Assembly (NCBI GenBank): GCA_963789395.1
Contig: CAWBKP010000019.1
Span: 32,001-96,000 of the forward strand
Direction of reading: 5' to 3'
DNA from: an uncultured delta proteobacterium
GTDB lineage: Bacteria; Desulfobacterota; Desulfobacteria; Desulfobacterales; Desulfatirhabdiaceae
DNA: 64,000 nt
Below, in pieces: positions 9,417 to 19,592 of this stretch. The notes under the pieces were generated by a model. That model ran no database searches, was not told the DNA's origin, and saw nothing but the letters and a program-made list of their open reading frames with translations. A program made the translations under genes and the position numbers. The first letter of the stretch is position 1, and every line of letters starts with the position of its first letter.

Positions 9417-11192
9417 AAGCTCATCAGGCCATTCGCGTTCATGGCCTTCTTCCGGGCCTTTTTTGCAGGCATCGATGACGCAGCGGCCCTCTTGCAGGGT
9501 CACATCCCGGCCCGGGTCCACGTTGTTGAAAAGCTTCCAGAGAATGAAGGAATTGTCGCCGATATCCACGTTGCTGTCATAGAAGAGCAAAAGGTTAAAG
9601 GGATGCAGGATTTCGGCGTTCAGCAGGCGTTCGGCAAAATAGCTTCCGGACAGGCCGGGCGCCTTTTGAACCTTTACGACCAGAATCCGGTTGCGACGGC
9701 CAGTATCTCCCTTGAGGATGCGAAGCGACAGGATGCCGTCACATGTCGATTGAATGCCGGAAAGAAGGGCGTCCTCGGTGAATTTTCCGGGCCGGACAAC
9801 AGGAATGGGCAAATTCCGGTCGGGTTCTCCACTGATGCGGCCGGTTAAGTCGATTCCGATTTTGTTGCCGAAATTGGCAAAGGGCGAGGAATGGTCCAGA
9901 ACGTCCAGGACGCCCTGGGCGTTCATGATGTCGGTGGTCAGATCAAAATTGTCCACAAGCTGCTGCATGACCTGATCCGGGTTCTTGGGATCAACGGTTT
10001 CATCCACAACGATAATGGCTTTGCAAAAACTCATCTGTCCCTGTCCCCAGAGGCCGGAAATGACTTTCTGGGCATGTCTGGGATATTCTTTCTTGATGGA
10101 AACGATAACGATGTTGTGAAATACCCCTTCCCAGGGAAGCCAGTAGTCCGTGATTTCCGGAAATACCGTCTGCAGCAGGGGAAGAAAGAGCCGCTCCGTA
10201 GCCTTGGCCAGATAACAGTCCTCCATGGGCGGCCGTCCCACAAGCGTTGCGCAGTATACCGGCGATTTTCGGTGGGTGATGGCCGTGACGTGAAATACCG
10301 GATAATCGTCTGCCAGGGAATAATAGCCCGTATGATCCCCGAACGGGCCTTCACGCCGCAGTTCATCCGGATCCACGTAGCCTTCAAGAACGAATTCGGC
10401 TTCGGCCGGCACTTCCAGATCGCAGGTCAGGCACCTGGCCATGGCAACCGGGGCGTTCCGGATAAAGCCGGCCAGAATCATTTCATCCACGTTCCGGGGC
10501 ATGGGGGCCGTGGCAGCATAGATGGTGGCCGGATCCGCGCCGATGGCCACCGCCACCGGCATCCGTTTTCCGGCCTTTCGGTATTCGTTGAAATAATTGG
10601 AGCCGTCCTTATGGATATGCCAGTGCATGCCGGTGGTCCGGCGGTCGAAGACCTGCATCCGGTACATGCCCACATTGCGTTTTTGGGTGGAAAGGCTTTT
10701 TGTGACGACAAGCGGCAGGGTGATGAACCGGCCGGCATCCTGGGGCCAGCAGTGCAGAATCGGCATATCAAAGAGGTTGATGTCATCGCCCTTCAGAACC
10801 ACCTGCTGGCAGGGCGGGACCTTGGCGCGGCTTTTCCGGGGAAAGAACCGCGATACGGAAAACGCCGTTGTCAGCATTCCCAGCATGTCCCGCAGATCTC
10901 TTGGCGGCGACATGTGGATGATTTCCCGGATCCTGTCCCCGAGGTGATCCAGGTTGTCGACGCCAAGGGCCAGACAGATCCGCTTCTGGCTGCCGAACAA
11001 ATTGGTGGCGACCGGAAAAGGCGAGTCCTTCACCTTCTCGAAATAGAGCGCTTTTCCGCCCAGCGGGCTTTTGGATTCGGCATCGGTCAGTTTGCTGATC
11101 TCCAGAACAGCGGATACGGGATGCGAAACGGTTTTGAGTTCGCCTTCTTTTTTCAGGGCCTGAATGAACTCGCCCAGATTGGTGTATTTCAT
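9405..11192 (-). CDS. ubiD: UbiD-family prFMN decarboxylase, menaquinone-biosynthesis (MqnL-like) type
   Basis: NVGMYRMQV, MHWHIHKDG, REGPFGDHTGYY, VGRPPMED; duplicated C-terminal domain (NNVDPGRD). Confidence 0.9.
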   Translation of the reverse strand: MKYTNLGEFIQALKKEGELKTVSHPVSAVLEISKLTDAESKSPLGGKALYFEKVKDSPFPVATNLFGSQKRICLALGVDNLDHLGDRIREIIHMSPPRDLRDMLGMLTTAFSVSRFFPRKSRAKVPPCQQVVLKGDDINLFDMPILHCWPQDAGRFITLPLVVTKSLSTQKRNVGMYRMQVFDRRTTGMHWHIHKDGSNYFNEYRKAGKRMPVAVAIGADPATIYAATAPMPRNVDEMILAGFIRNAPVAMARCLTCDLEVPAEAEFVLEGYVDPDELRREGPFGDHTGYYSLADDYPVFHVTAITHRKSPVYCATLVGRPPMEDCYLAKATERLFLPLLQTVFPEITDYWLPWEGVFHNIVIVSIKKEYPRHAQKVISGLWGQGQMSFCKAIIVVDETVDPKNPDQVMQQLVDNFDLTTDIMNAQGVLDVLDHSSPFANFGNKIGIDLTGRISGEPDRNLPIPVVRPGKFTEDALLSGIQSTCDGILSLRILKGDTGRRNRILVVKVQKAPGLSGSYFAERLLNAEILHPFNLLLFYDSNVDIGDNSFILWKLFNNVDPGRDVTLQEGRCVIDACKKGPEEGHEREWPDELSFD

Positions 11193-11210
11193 GGCTTTTC
11201 CTTCCTGATG

Positions 11211-11810
11211 TTAAGCGCCGCTCCATTCGGCAGCCAGATCATGGGAAATTCCCAGGTGATCCAGTACCCTGCCGACAGTGGCATTGACGATGTCCCGAAC
11301 GCTTTCGGGCCGGTGGTAAAAGGCAGGAACCGGAGGATGCAGCACGGCGCCTGCCCGCGCCACCTTCAGCATGTTTTCCAGATGAATGGGGCTGAGCGGC
11401 GTCTCCCGCGGGAGCAGAATGAGTGGCCGTTTTTCCTTCAGGCACACGTCCGCGGACCGCACGACGAGATTGTCCGCAAGGCCCGCGGCAATGGCGGCAA
11501 GGGTCTTCATGGAGCAGGGGGCGATGACCATGCCGGCATGCCGGAAAGAGCCGCTGGCGGGCGGCGCAAAGAGGTTGTCCGGCGGGTATTCCTTTAAAAT
11601 CGCCGATTCGTGCGTTACGAGATCGAATTCGGACTGCAGAAACGGCAGCATCGGGCCGGATATGCCCAGTTCATGGGCCATGACTTTGGCCCCGTAGTCC
11701 GATACGATCAAATGGACTTCGACCGGCCGCCGCAACAGCTCCGAAACCAGCACGGCGCCGTAAATGGCGCCGGATGCGCCGGTAATTGCCACGATTATTT
11801 TTTGGGTCAT
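11211..11810 (-). CDS. ubiX: UbiX flavin prenyltransferase
   Basis: VAITGASGAIYG, PASGS, APCSMKTL, KEKRPLILLPRETP, PAFYHRP. Confidence 0.93.
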   Translation of the reverse strand: MTQKIIVAITGASGAIYGAVLVSELLRRPVEVHLIVSDYGAKVMAHELGISGPMLPFLQSEFDLVTHESAILKEYPPDNLFAPPASGSFRHAGMVIAPCSMKTLAAIAAGLADNLVVRSADVCLKEKRPLILLPRETPLSPIHLENMLKVARAGAVLHPPVPAFYHRPESVRDIVNATVGRVLDHLGISHDLAAEWSGA

Positions 11811-11820
11811 CGTTTGCCTC

Positions 11821-13452
11821 CTACCTTAATAATGCATCTCCCAGAATTCCCAGAAACAGGAGCATGGAGATGGCGCTGTTGGCATGAAAAAACGCCAGCT
11901 CGATATGGGCCAGATCATGGGGACGGATTACCCGGTGCTGAAAGACCAGCAGCACGCAGATGATCGCAAGGGCAAGCAGATAGGCCATTCCCAGATCAAA
12001 TACAATGAAGAGCGCCATCAGCGACATGAAGGTGGCCACATGCAGGACGGATGATATGTGAAAGGCTGCCTTCACGCCGAGGCGCGAGGGAATCGAATAC
12101 AGGCCGATTTCCCGGTCGAACTGGACATCCTGGCAGGCGTAGAGAATATCAAAGCCGGCAATATATGTCAGCAGCGCAGTGCATAAAATGAGAATGGCGG
12201 GTTCGAACCGACCGGTGACGGCGATCCAGGCTCCCAGCGGGGCCAGTGATATGCTCATTCCCAGATAGAGATGAGACAGAGACGTGAATCGCTTGGTGTA
12301 GGAGTAAAAAAACAGAATCACCAGAACCGGCATGGAGAGCCAGAAGCATAGATTGCTGATCATGGCCGAGGCCAGGATGAAAGCAAGGGAAAATCCCGAT
12401 ACAAAAAGAATCGCCGACAGCGAGGATACGGTTCCTGCGGGAATATGGCGGTCCGCGGTCCGCGGATTGAGCCTGTCAAAGCGGGCATCCACAATCCGGT
12501 TAAAGCCCATGGCGGCGGAACGGGCGCTGACCATGGCAACCAGTATCCAGAAAAAAACCTGAAGCGAGACCGCATTGTCGCGATGCGCCAGGACCACTGC
12601 GGACAGGGCAAAGGGCAGGGCAAAGACCGTGTGGCTGAATTTGATCATGCGGCCGAAATCCGCGATCTGGCGGGTCAGAGCGGATGCGGGTGCAGCGGCT
12701 GCGGTTCTGCCGGATTCCAGAAGATTCCAGGCGCAGATGTTCTGCTCCAGGTAGTTGAAAAACGCATACAGCAGCACGCCCAGGAGGCTCATGGCAATGA
12801 TGCCGGTAAACATCTGCACATAATCAAAACGTCCCCATGCATCCATGATATAAAAGCCAAGACCGGTTGCCGTGGCAAAGGACTCCACGAAAAACAGCAC
12901 GGCAATGCCGGTGCCGGTGCCGATGCGAAGGGCGGTAAAGCCCTGGGGAAGGGCCGCGGGAATCACCACGTGATAAAGGGCCTGAAGGTTGCCGCCGCCA
13001 AGGGACCGGAAGGATTGAATATATTTTTTATCCAGCCTCAGCACTGCGTCGCGCGTGGCCACTACAATCTGATAGCCCATGATCAGGGCGATCATGAGAA
13101 TTTTCGGGGCATTTCCCAGCCCGAAGAGAATCAGAAAAATGGGCAGAAGAACGATCTTGGGGATTGGATAGGTTAAAAACAGAATCGGGGAGAGCAACCG
13201 GTCTGCGGTTCTGGAATATCCCGTCAGAATTCCCAGCGGAAAGCCCGCAAGCCAGGCAAGGGCCATGGCTGAGGATACGCGAAAGGCGCTGGCGCCGAAA
13301 TGTTTCCAGAAGAGAGCGGTTTTCAGCGCATTCCCAAAGGCGGCGAACGCCTGTTCCGGAGGCGGCAGCATGACCGAAGAAAGCCCTAAGGAGCATAGCT
13401 TCCAGCAAAGGATAAGCAGCACGGCGGACAGGGAATATCGGACGGCCTGCAT
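11821..13452 (-). CDS. Fusion: NitT/TauT-type ABC permease + UbiA-family (MqnP-like) polyprenyltransferase
   Basis: N-half YPIPKIVLLP, RSLGG, HVVIPAALP, GLGFYI; C-half IKFSHTVFALPFA, AMGFNRIVDARFDRLNPRT, YSYTKRFT, GFDILYACQD; single uninterrupted 543-aa frame. Confidence 0.85.
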   Translation of the reverse strand: MQAVRYSLSAVLLILCWKLCSLGLSSVMLPPPEQAFAAFGNALKTALFWKHFGASAFRVSSAMALAWLAGFPLGILTGYSRTADRLLSPILFLTYPIPKIVLLPIFLILFGLGNAPKILMIALIMGYQIVVATRDAVLRLDKKYIQSFRSLGGGNLQALYHVVIPAALPQGFTALRIGTGTGIAVLFFVESFATATGLGFYIMDAWGRFDYVQMFTGIIAMSLLGVLLYAFFNYLEQNICAWNLLESGRTAAAAPASALTRQIADFGRMIKFSHTVFALPFALSAVVLAHRDNAVSLQVFFWILVAMVSARSAAMGFNRIVDARFDRLNPRTADRHIPAGTVSSLSAILFVSGFSLAFILASAMISNLCFWLSMPVLVILFFYSYTKRFTSLSHLYLGMSISLAPLGAWIAVTGRFEPAILILCTALLTYIAGFDILYACQDVQFDREIGLYSIPSRLGVKAAFHISSVLHVATFMSLMALFIVFDLGMAYLLALAIICVLLVFQHRVIRPHDLAHIELAFFHANSAISMLLFLGILGDALLR

Positions 13453-13454
13453 GA

Positions 13455-14184
13455 TCAGCCTTCCAGGACCTTGCGGACTTCTTTGATTTTATTGAAATAC
13501 GTGTCGCTCAAGCGGAAATTCTCCATGTCAAAAAACGGATTGTCCATCATGGCCCGAATCCGGGCCGGCCGCTTGCTGAGCACCAGGATGAACCGCCCCA
13601 GAAAAACAGCCTCTTCAACACTGTGGGTAACGATGGCAAAAGTCAAACTGTTTTTCCGCCACATGTCCTTCAGGACGGTCTGGAGATGTTCGCGGGTAAG
13701 GGCGTCCAGGGATGAAAACGGCTCATCCATCAGCAGGATGTCCGGCTCCGTTGCAATGGCTCTGGCAATGGCGACCCGCTGTTTTTGTCCGCCGCTCAGC
13801 TGGACCGGATACTGATGGGCATAAGGGGCAAGGCCCAGCTCCGAGAGAAGCGCTTTGGTTCTGGCGGTCCGAACCTCGGCAGGCATGTTCTGGATCTTCA
13901 TGCCAAGAGCCACATTCTCAGAAAGGGTTTTCCAGGGGAATAGCCCGTAATCCTGCAGGATAATGGACGTCTTTCCGGGCCTGCTCCGGTTTCCCTGAAT
14001 GCGGACCGCGCCGGCGGTGGCCGGAATCAGCCCGGCCATGATGGCAAGCAGGGTGGTTTTGCCGCACCCGGAGGGGCCGATGACGGCAAGTGACTCCCCG
14101 GCATTCAGGGAAAACGAAATGTCTTCCAGAACGGCTTCGCCGGCAGTTGTCAAATTTCTTGGTCAATCCGTCAACTTCTATCAA
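13455..14184 (-). CDS. NitT/TauT-type ABC transporter ATP-binding protein (frameshift near 14155)
   Basis: GPSGCGKTT, LSGGQKQR, LMDEPFSSLD, VTHSVEEA; N-terminus MIEVDGLTKKF lies in an adjacent frame. Confidence 0.9.
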
Positions 14185-14311
14185 TGCAGAAATCTCCTGA
14201 CAGGCACCGGCGTTTCAGCAGGTCGCCTGAAATCCCCCTGGCCCCTCTTTCTCCGGAGGCGGGACCGTGACTCTTCCGTGATTCTCTCCTGCAGGGAGAA
14301 TGAGTAAGGGT

Positions 14312-15250
14312 TCACGGGCCGGAAATGACCATGTCGGCATAAGCAATGCGTGTTTTGATCAACCCGTTTTTCAGCAGCCATTCCTGAACGGCCTGGACAT
14401 CGGCCTCGGACGGAATGGCGCGGGCCGGAAAAACCGGAACCGGATAGCTGTCTTTTACGGCCAGGGGAAACTGGGTTTTTTCAATCAGAAGCCCTTTGTA
14501 TGCCGACGGATCCGCGTTGATCAAATCGACTGCGGTATTGTAGGATTTTAAAAATCGCGGAATCAGGGCGCTGAGGGCAGGCCTGTTTTTCAGGTTGACG
14601 GCAAGAACCGTCAGGGCAGTATTCAGTTCCCGGTCATCCAGAACCACACGGGCGCCGCGGCTCTCGGCCAGGGTCAGAAGGGGCTCGGGTAACAGTGCGG
14701 CCGTCACCTGACCGGACAGGAGCATCTGCAGGCGGATCGGGATTTTCTTGATTTCCTGTTTGCTCACTTCACCGGGATTCATGTTCCGGGTGATCAGAAG
14801 CTGATCCAGAAGGTATTCAATGATCGTTGCACTGGAAATAGCCACCTCCTTTCCCTTGATTCCGTCAGGTTCGGTGATTCCGGACCCGGGAGCCACCGCT
14901 ATTCCGAACATCCGAAACCTGGGATTGGTGTGAAAAGCGGTGGCGATGATCTGAAGCTGCTCGCCGCTCTGCACCAGAAGGACCGTGTTGAGGATATCCC
15001 CGAAATAACCGTCCAGTCTGCCTGCCTGAAGCGCGGCATCGCGTTCCAGCGCGCTTTGAAAGCTGATCAGCTCCAGATCGATGCCTTCTTTTTCAAAAAG
15101 ACCTTTTTCCTGACCGACCAGAAGCGGCAGCACGTCCACGACCGGCAAAATGCCGACGCCAAGCTTTTCTCCCGGGGATGAAACCGCGGGAAACGCCAGG
15201 ATCAGCAAAACGAGAAAAAAAGATAGCCTGTTTGAGAATGTGGCATTCAT
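14312..15250 (-). CDS. ABC transporter substrate-binding protein (NitT/TauT, NMT1/THI5-like)
   Basis: Signal peptide; LPLLVGQEKGLFEKEGIDLEL, ERDAALQAGRLDG, AALLPEPL; upstream of ATPase and permease. Confidence 0.85.
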   Translation of the reverse strand: MNATFSNRLSFFLVLLILAFPAVSSPGEKLGVGILPVVDVLPLLVGQEKGLFEKEGIDLELISFQSALERDAALQAGRLDGYFGDILNTVLLVQSGEQLQIIATAFHTNPRFRMFGIAVAPGSGITEPDGIKGKEVAISSATIIEYLLDQLLITRNMNPGEVSKQEIKKIPIRLQMLLSGQVTAALLPEPLLTLAESRGARVVLDDRELNTALTVLAVNLKNRPALSALIPRFLKSYNTAVDLINADPSAYKGLLIEKTQFPLAVKDSYPVPVFPARAIPSEADVQAVQEWLLKNGLIKTRIAYADMVISGP

Positions 15251-15263
15251 GGATCCCTCTCTG

Positions 15264-16388
15264 TCAGTTATAGTCGGCAATCACGCGCTGCAGAACCGTT
15301 TCCATCCGGTGATAATTCCTGTGGATATCATGCGCCCGTCGAACATGCCCGGCGGCTGCCTCGCCCATGCTTTTTTGCAGCGCCGCATCGTCCAGGATGC
15401 GGGAGATGGCATCTGTAAAAGCCTGCAGGTCATAGAGCGGCGTCAGAAACCCGGTCAGTTTGTCTGTCACCACTTCGGCAATGCCGCCGTTATGAAATGC
15501 AACCACCGGAAGACCGCAGGCCTGGGCCTCAAGATACACCATCCCCAGAGTTTCCCGGATTCCGGGAAAGGCAAAGACGTCACCGGCGCTGTAAAACCGG
15601 TACATCCGATCCCTTGGGATTTTCCCGGCAAACCGGACTTTTCCGGGAAGAAGTGATTGGGCAAAGGTTTCAATGGTGCTTCTCTCTTTGCCGTCTCCGG
15701 CGATGACCAGGTGTACGGGTCTTTTCCGCCGGCACAACGCGGCGCAGGCCTTAATTGTCCAGATCAGTCCTTCAGTCTTGACGCCGGGGCGGAACATGGC
15801 CGCCGAGAGCACCACCGAAGCGTTCTCAGGGATTTTCCACGACCGGCGGAGTTCGTTCCGGGCGCCGGCGTCAAAGGTAAACTGCTTCGGATCAATTCCC
15901 GGGGCAATGTAGGTCAGGCGGTCATCGGGAATCAGCCGCCGCAGATTGACAAGGTCTTCTTTCCGGTTGGAGAAAACATGGTCCGCCCGTATCAGTGACT
16001 GACGGTTCAGGACAAATCCCGGAAGGGTTTTGAAGTGCTTTCTCCGCCGGGTTGAGTAAATTCCCTGAAAAATAACATAGGGGATGGCAAGCCTTTGACA
16101 AACCCAGGGGCCGAGAAGATCCGGCGACTTGTAATACGCATGGTAGGTCAGCCAGAGGCCGGAGCGCTCTTGGCCAAGGATTCGGAGGGCGCGCAGCCGG
16201 TCCCGGACAACAATGGGCCACAGCCATGGCTTCCAGAATATCCACCGGGCCCGGAGCCGGCTGGGGTGAATGATCCGGTGGCCGCCGCCTTCCAGAAAAT
16301 CCTGCAGGCCGGTGGCAATGGTCAGATCTCCGGACGGAAGATGAAAGCCAAGCGGTTTGAAAGGGGTATAATAACCGATGGTCGTCAT
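15264..16388 (-). CDS. Glycosyltransferase family 4
   Basis: PSGD N-terminal motif; FPGIRETLGMVYLEAQACGLPVV GT-B C-terminal signature. Confidence 0.88.
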   Translation of the reverse strand: MTTIGYYTPFKPLGFHLPSGDLTIATGLQDFLEGGGHRIIHPSRLRARWIFWKPWLWPIVVRDRLRALRILGQERSGLWLTYHAYYKSPDLLGPWVCQRLAIPYVIFQGIYSTRRRKHFKTLPGFVLNRQSLIRADHVFSNRKEDLVNLRRLIPDDRLTYIAPGIDPKQFTFDAGARNELRRSWKIPENASVVLSAAMFRPGVKTEGLIWTIKACAALCRRKRPVHLVIAGDGKERSTIETFAQSLLPGKVRFAGKIPRDRMYRFYSAGDVFAFPGIRETLGMVYLEAQACGLPVVAFHNGGIAEVVTDKLTGFLTPLYDLQAFTDAISRILDDAALQKSMGEAAAGHVRRAHDIHRNYHRMETVLQRVIADYN

Positions 16389-16451
16389 CCCTGATGTTTC
16401 CTTGCGCAATAGTGCCTCACGCGCCGAGTGCCGCAGACAGATGCATCCGTG

Positions 16452-17715
16452 TCAAATCGGTCCGGCGCTGTTTTCCTGAAGTGCGCGGGTATAAAGTCCT
16501 GCCAGGTCGCCGATCAGGCTGCGGTTGTGAAAATCCCGGCCCACCCGGTCCCTGCCGGCGGCAATCAACGCCTTCCTCAGATCGGCATCCGTCAGTGCCC
16601 TGATCATGGCGCTGGCCAGGGCTTCGGGGTTTCCGGGATCCACCAGCAGGCCGGTTTTGCCGTTTTCAATAAGCTCAGGGATCGCGGAAACCCGTGTTGC
16701 GACCACGGGAACCCCCATTGCCATGCTTTCGATGCAAACATTGGGAATGCCGTCCCGGTCGCCATTGGCCGCGATTTCGCAGCCCAGAACAAAAAGGTCC
16801 GCCTGCCGGTACTGCCGGATGACCGCGTCGTGGGGGCATGTTCCCATCCACCGGGTCAGGGTTTCCAGCCCGAGTTCCCGAACCAGTTTCTTGAGCGAAT
16901 CCCGCTCTTCCCCATCCCCGATCAGGGTGTGTTGAAAACGGAGCCCCCGGTCGCGCAGGATCCCCAGTGCCTTGTAAACAGTGGGGAGTCCTTTTTTGGC
17001 GGTAATGCGCGAGACGGTCAGAATCCGGTATGGCGGCGAAGGCGGTGCTCCGGTATTATGGCTGTAAAAAAGACCCACGTCAATGCCGTGATAGATGCGG
17101 AAAACGGGCGGCGCGGCAGCGCCCGAAAGCCGGGTCAGATGCTTCCGGTTGTATTCGGTGCAGGTGACCACAAACCGGGCATGGGCCATTTTTTCGCGAA
17201 GCTGTGACCGGATCCGTCGTATAAATGTCCTTGGCATGGGCCGTGAAACTGAACGGGATCCCTGAAAGCAGGCTGGCGAAAAAGGCGACGGATGTCGGCG
17301 AATGGGCGAAATGGGCATGAAAATGGGTGATGCGGCTGCCGGGCAGGAGTTTGTTGACCAGATAGCCTGCCTGGAACAGGTGCTTGAATGTGGCGGATTT
17401 GTGCGTGCGCAAAAAACGCCGGAAAGCCATTCGCAATGCCGCTGCATAGCGCCGGGGCTGTTTTGCCGCCAGCATCAGATTCTGCGGCAGCAGCACCGGC
17501 AGCCCGGCCAGAAAGGTTTCCGGAAGATAATCCACGGTTGCCTTGATCCGGCCGACGCTGGCGTGGGAAAACGTTTCCCTGGGCTGGCGCATCGATAAAA
17601 TATGCAGGTTCAGGCCCTGCTCTTCCAGAAGCAGGATTTCATTTGAAATAAAGGTTTCGGAAATCCGGGGATAGCCTTTCAGGATCATCCCCAGTACGGG
17701 AATCTGCCGGCTCAC
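16452..17715 (-). CDS. Glycosyltransferase family 4, WcaL-like (frameshift near 17205)
   Basis: GYPRISETFISNE, HFHAHFAH, FTAHAKDI, then GDRDGIPNVCIESMAMGVPV in the next frame. Confidence 0.88.
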
Positions 17716-18911
17716 GTTTCCGTGGTCCTGAACAGGTCGAGCCGCTCTCTCATGGCTTTCAGACCGGTCAAATGAAAACAGTTGATGGCGTTCTGGTAAG
17801 ATTCCGGGTGATCCAGAAGGTGCATGATGTGTGCGCGAAGGGTTTGGGGGGACATGGCGTTCCAGGAAATGTAATCCACGAGGTTCTGGCCGTGAAGGGC
17901 CATGGCCCGGATCAGTTGCTCTTTACGAGGCGTTTCCCGGGGAATGACCAGTGAAACAGTTCCCTGAGAGAGGATTTCACAGATGGTATTATACCCGCCC
18001 ATGGTCACCACCAGATCCGCGGCTGCCATGATATGCTCCATCCGCTGGTAAAATTCCCAGGTGCGGATCCCCAGGCGTTTTGCCCGTGAAAAAATTTCTT
18101 CCCGGTCGCGTTTGGGCATGAAAGGCCCGGTGATCAGAATGCTTCTGAAGGGCTGATTCTTGGGCGCTTCTTCCAGCATGCTCAGGAAATTATGCATGAC
18201 CGCATGCCCGTCTCCGCCGCCGCCGGTGGTTACCAGAACCAGTTTTTCATCGGTCTTGATGGCGTATTTTTTTTTGATCCGGTTAACCGCATCCCTGCTG
18301 GGCATTTTCCGGGGAATGTAACCGGTAAAGCGCATTTTGCAGCTGACGGAATCCGGCATTTCATACTCGCAGATGGGGTCATACAGATCCTGATTGCCAT
18401 AAATCCAGATTTCGCTGTAGAGTTCGTCCAGAATCTGATAGACGCCTTTTTTTTTCCAGTCGCTTCTGACAATCTCGGCCTCGTCCATGATATCCCGAAG
18501 ACCCAGGATGGTGCGGGTCTTGGGAAGACATCGCCGCAGCCATTGAAGGGTGGGCAGCACTTCCTTGTTTAACCCAAGGGGCTCCTTGTCCACGATGAAC
18601 AGATGGGGCTTGAAAGTCTGGGCTGTTGCGGTGATGATGTTGGTGCGAATATCCACGGCATGCTGCGGATTGATTTTGATGGACATGGGGAGGTATTCAT
18701 CGTTGGTTTTTTTGATCATTCCCGGAATGCGCACAAAATCAACACGATCCGGGAACGGAAAGCGGCCGGCAATCGGAGAGCCGGTCAATATCAGCACATT
18801 GACATCCGGACCGGCCAGATGGGATGCAATGGCCATGGTGCGTCGAATATGACCCAGCCCATAGGTATCATGGGAATACATTAGAATATTATAAGTTGAG
18901 TTCTTGCCCAT
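17712..18911 (-). CDS. Predicted glycosyltransferase (COG4671-like, GT28-type C-terminal domain)
   Basis: MYSHDTYGLGHIRR, VTTGGGGDG, TMGGYNT, EQLIRA. Confidence 0.85.
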   Translation of the reverse strand: MGKNSTYNILMYSHDTYGLGHIRRTMAIASHLAGPDVNVLILTGSPIAGRFPFPDRVDFVRIPGMIKKTNDEYLPMSIKINPQHAVDIRTNIITATAQTFKPHLFIVDKEPLGLNKEVLPTLQWLRRCLPKTRTILGLRDIMDEAEIVRSDWKKKGVYQILDELYSEIWIYGNQDLYDPICEYEMPDSVSCKMRFTGYIPRKMPSRDAVNRIKKKYAIKTDEKLVLVTTGGGGDGHAVMHNFLSMLEEAPKNQPFRSILITGPFMPKRDREEIFSRAKRLGIRTWEFYQRMEHIMAAADLVVTMGGYNTICEILSQGTVSLVIPRETPRKEQLIRAMALHGQNLVDYISWNAMSPQTLRAHIMHLLDHPESYQNAINCFHLTGLKAMRERLDLFRTTET

Positions 18912-19002
18912 GCGATCACCGTTATTAATCAATACCGACTGCAAAATCTTCTCCATCTACCACAGACAGTAGGAAAATGACATAAGAAAAAAGAAGAATC
19001 TG

Positions 19003-19488
19003 TCATCCGCAGCATTTCTTGAATTTTTTTCCGCTGCCGCAGGGGCAGGGATCGTTTCTGCCGGTTTTTGGGGCCTGGCGGATAAATTGTTTGGGTTTGG
19101 GCGGACCGCCGTCCCAGAAAAACCAGGTTCCGTTTTCCTTTTTGAATTGTGCCAGTTCGTGGTGTTTGACCCGCTCGCCGTTTTCAGTATATTCCGCGAT
19201 GAATTCAACGGTCCCTGCCGGATCTTCGCTGCCGCCACCGACCGTATGAATAATTTCCAGTTGATGCCAGACGGATTTTTGCGCCCATTGCCGGATATTG
19301 TTTTCAGAGTCCTGTTTTCTCTGGTCGGGATGGGTGGTACGGACGATATAATCCACATCGCTTCGGGTATATGCGGTATACCGGGACCGCATCAATGCTT
19401 CGGCTGTCGGCGCCGGTTTGATTCCCCGGATGAACGGTTCGCAGCATTCGCTGGATGGCTGCAATGAGCCGCAAGGGCAAGTTTCCAT
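19003..19488 (-). CDS. YchJ-family SEC-C motif protein
   Basis: CPCGS N-terminus, [14 protein letters not shown]-terminal [26 protein letters not shown] before 19488. Confidence 0.92.
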   Translation of the reverse strand: METCPCGSLQPSSECCEPFIRGIKPAPTAEALMRSRYTAYTRSDVDYIVRTTHPDQRKQDSENNIRQWAQKSVWHQLEIIHTVGGGSEDPAGTVEFIAEYTENGERVKHHELAQFKKENGTWFFWDGGPPKPKQFIRQAPKTGRNDPCPCGSGKKFKKCCG

Positions 19489-19592
19489 ATAAAACTCCTT
19501 TATATTTAGAATTATTTTGAGATTTCGATATTCGAATTTATGCTGAACTTCATTGTCGCTCAAGCACAAATTGTTTCACAATAACCGCAAAA

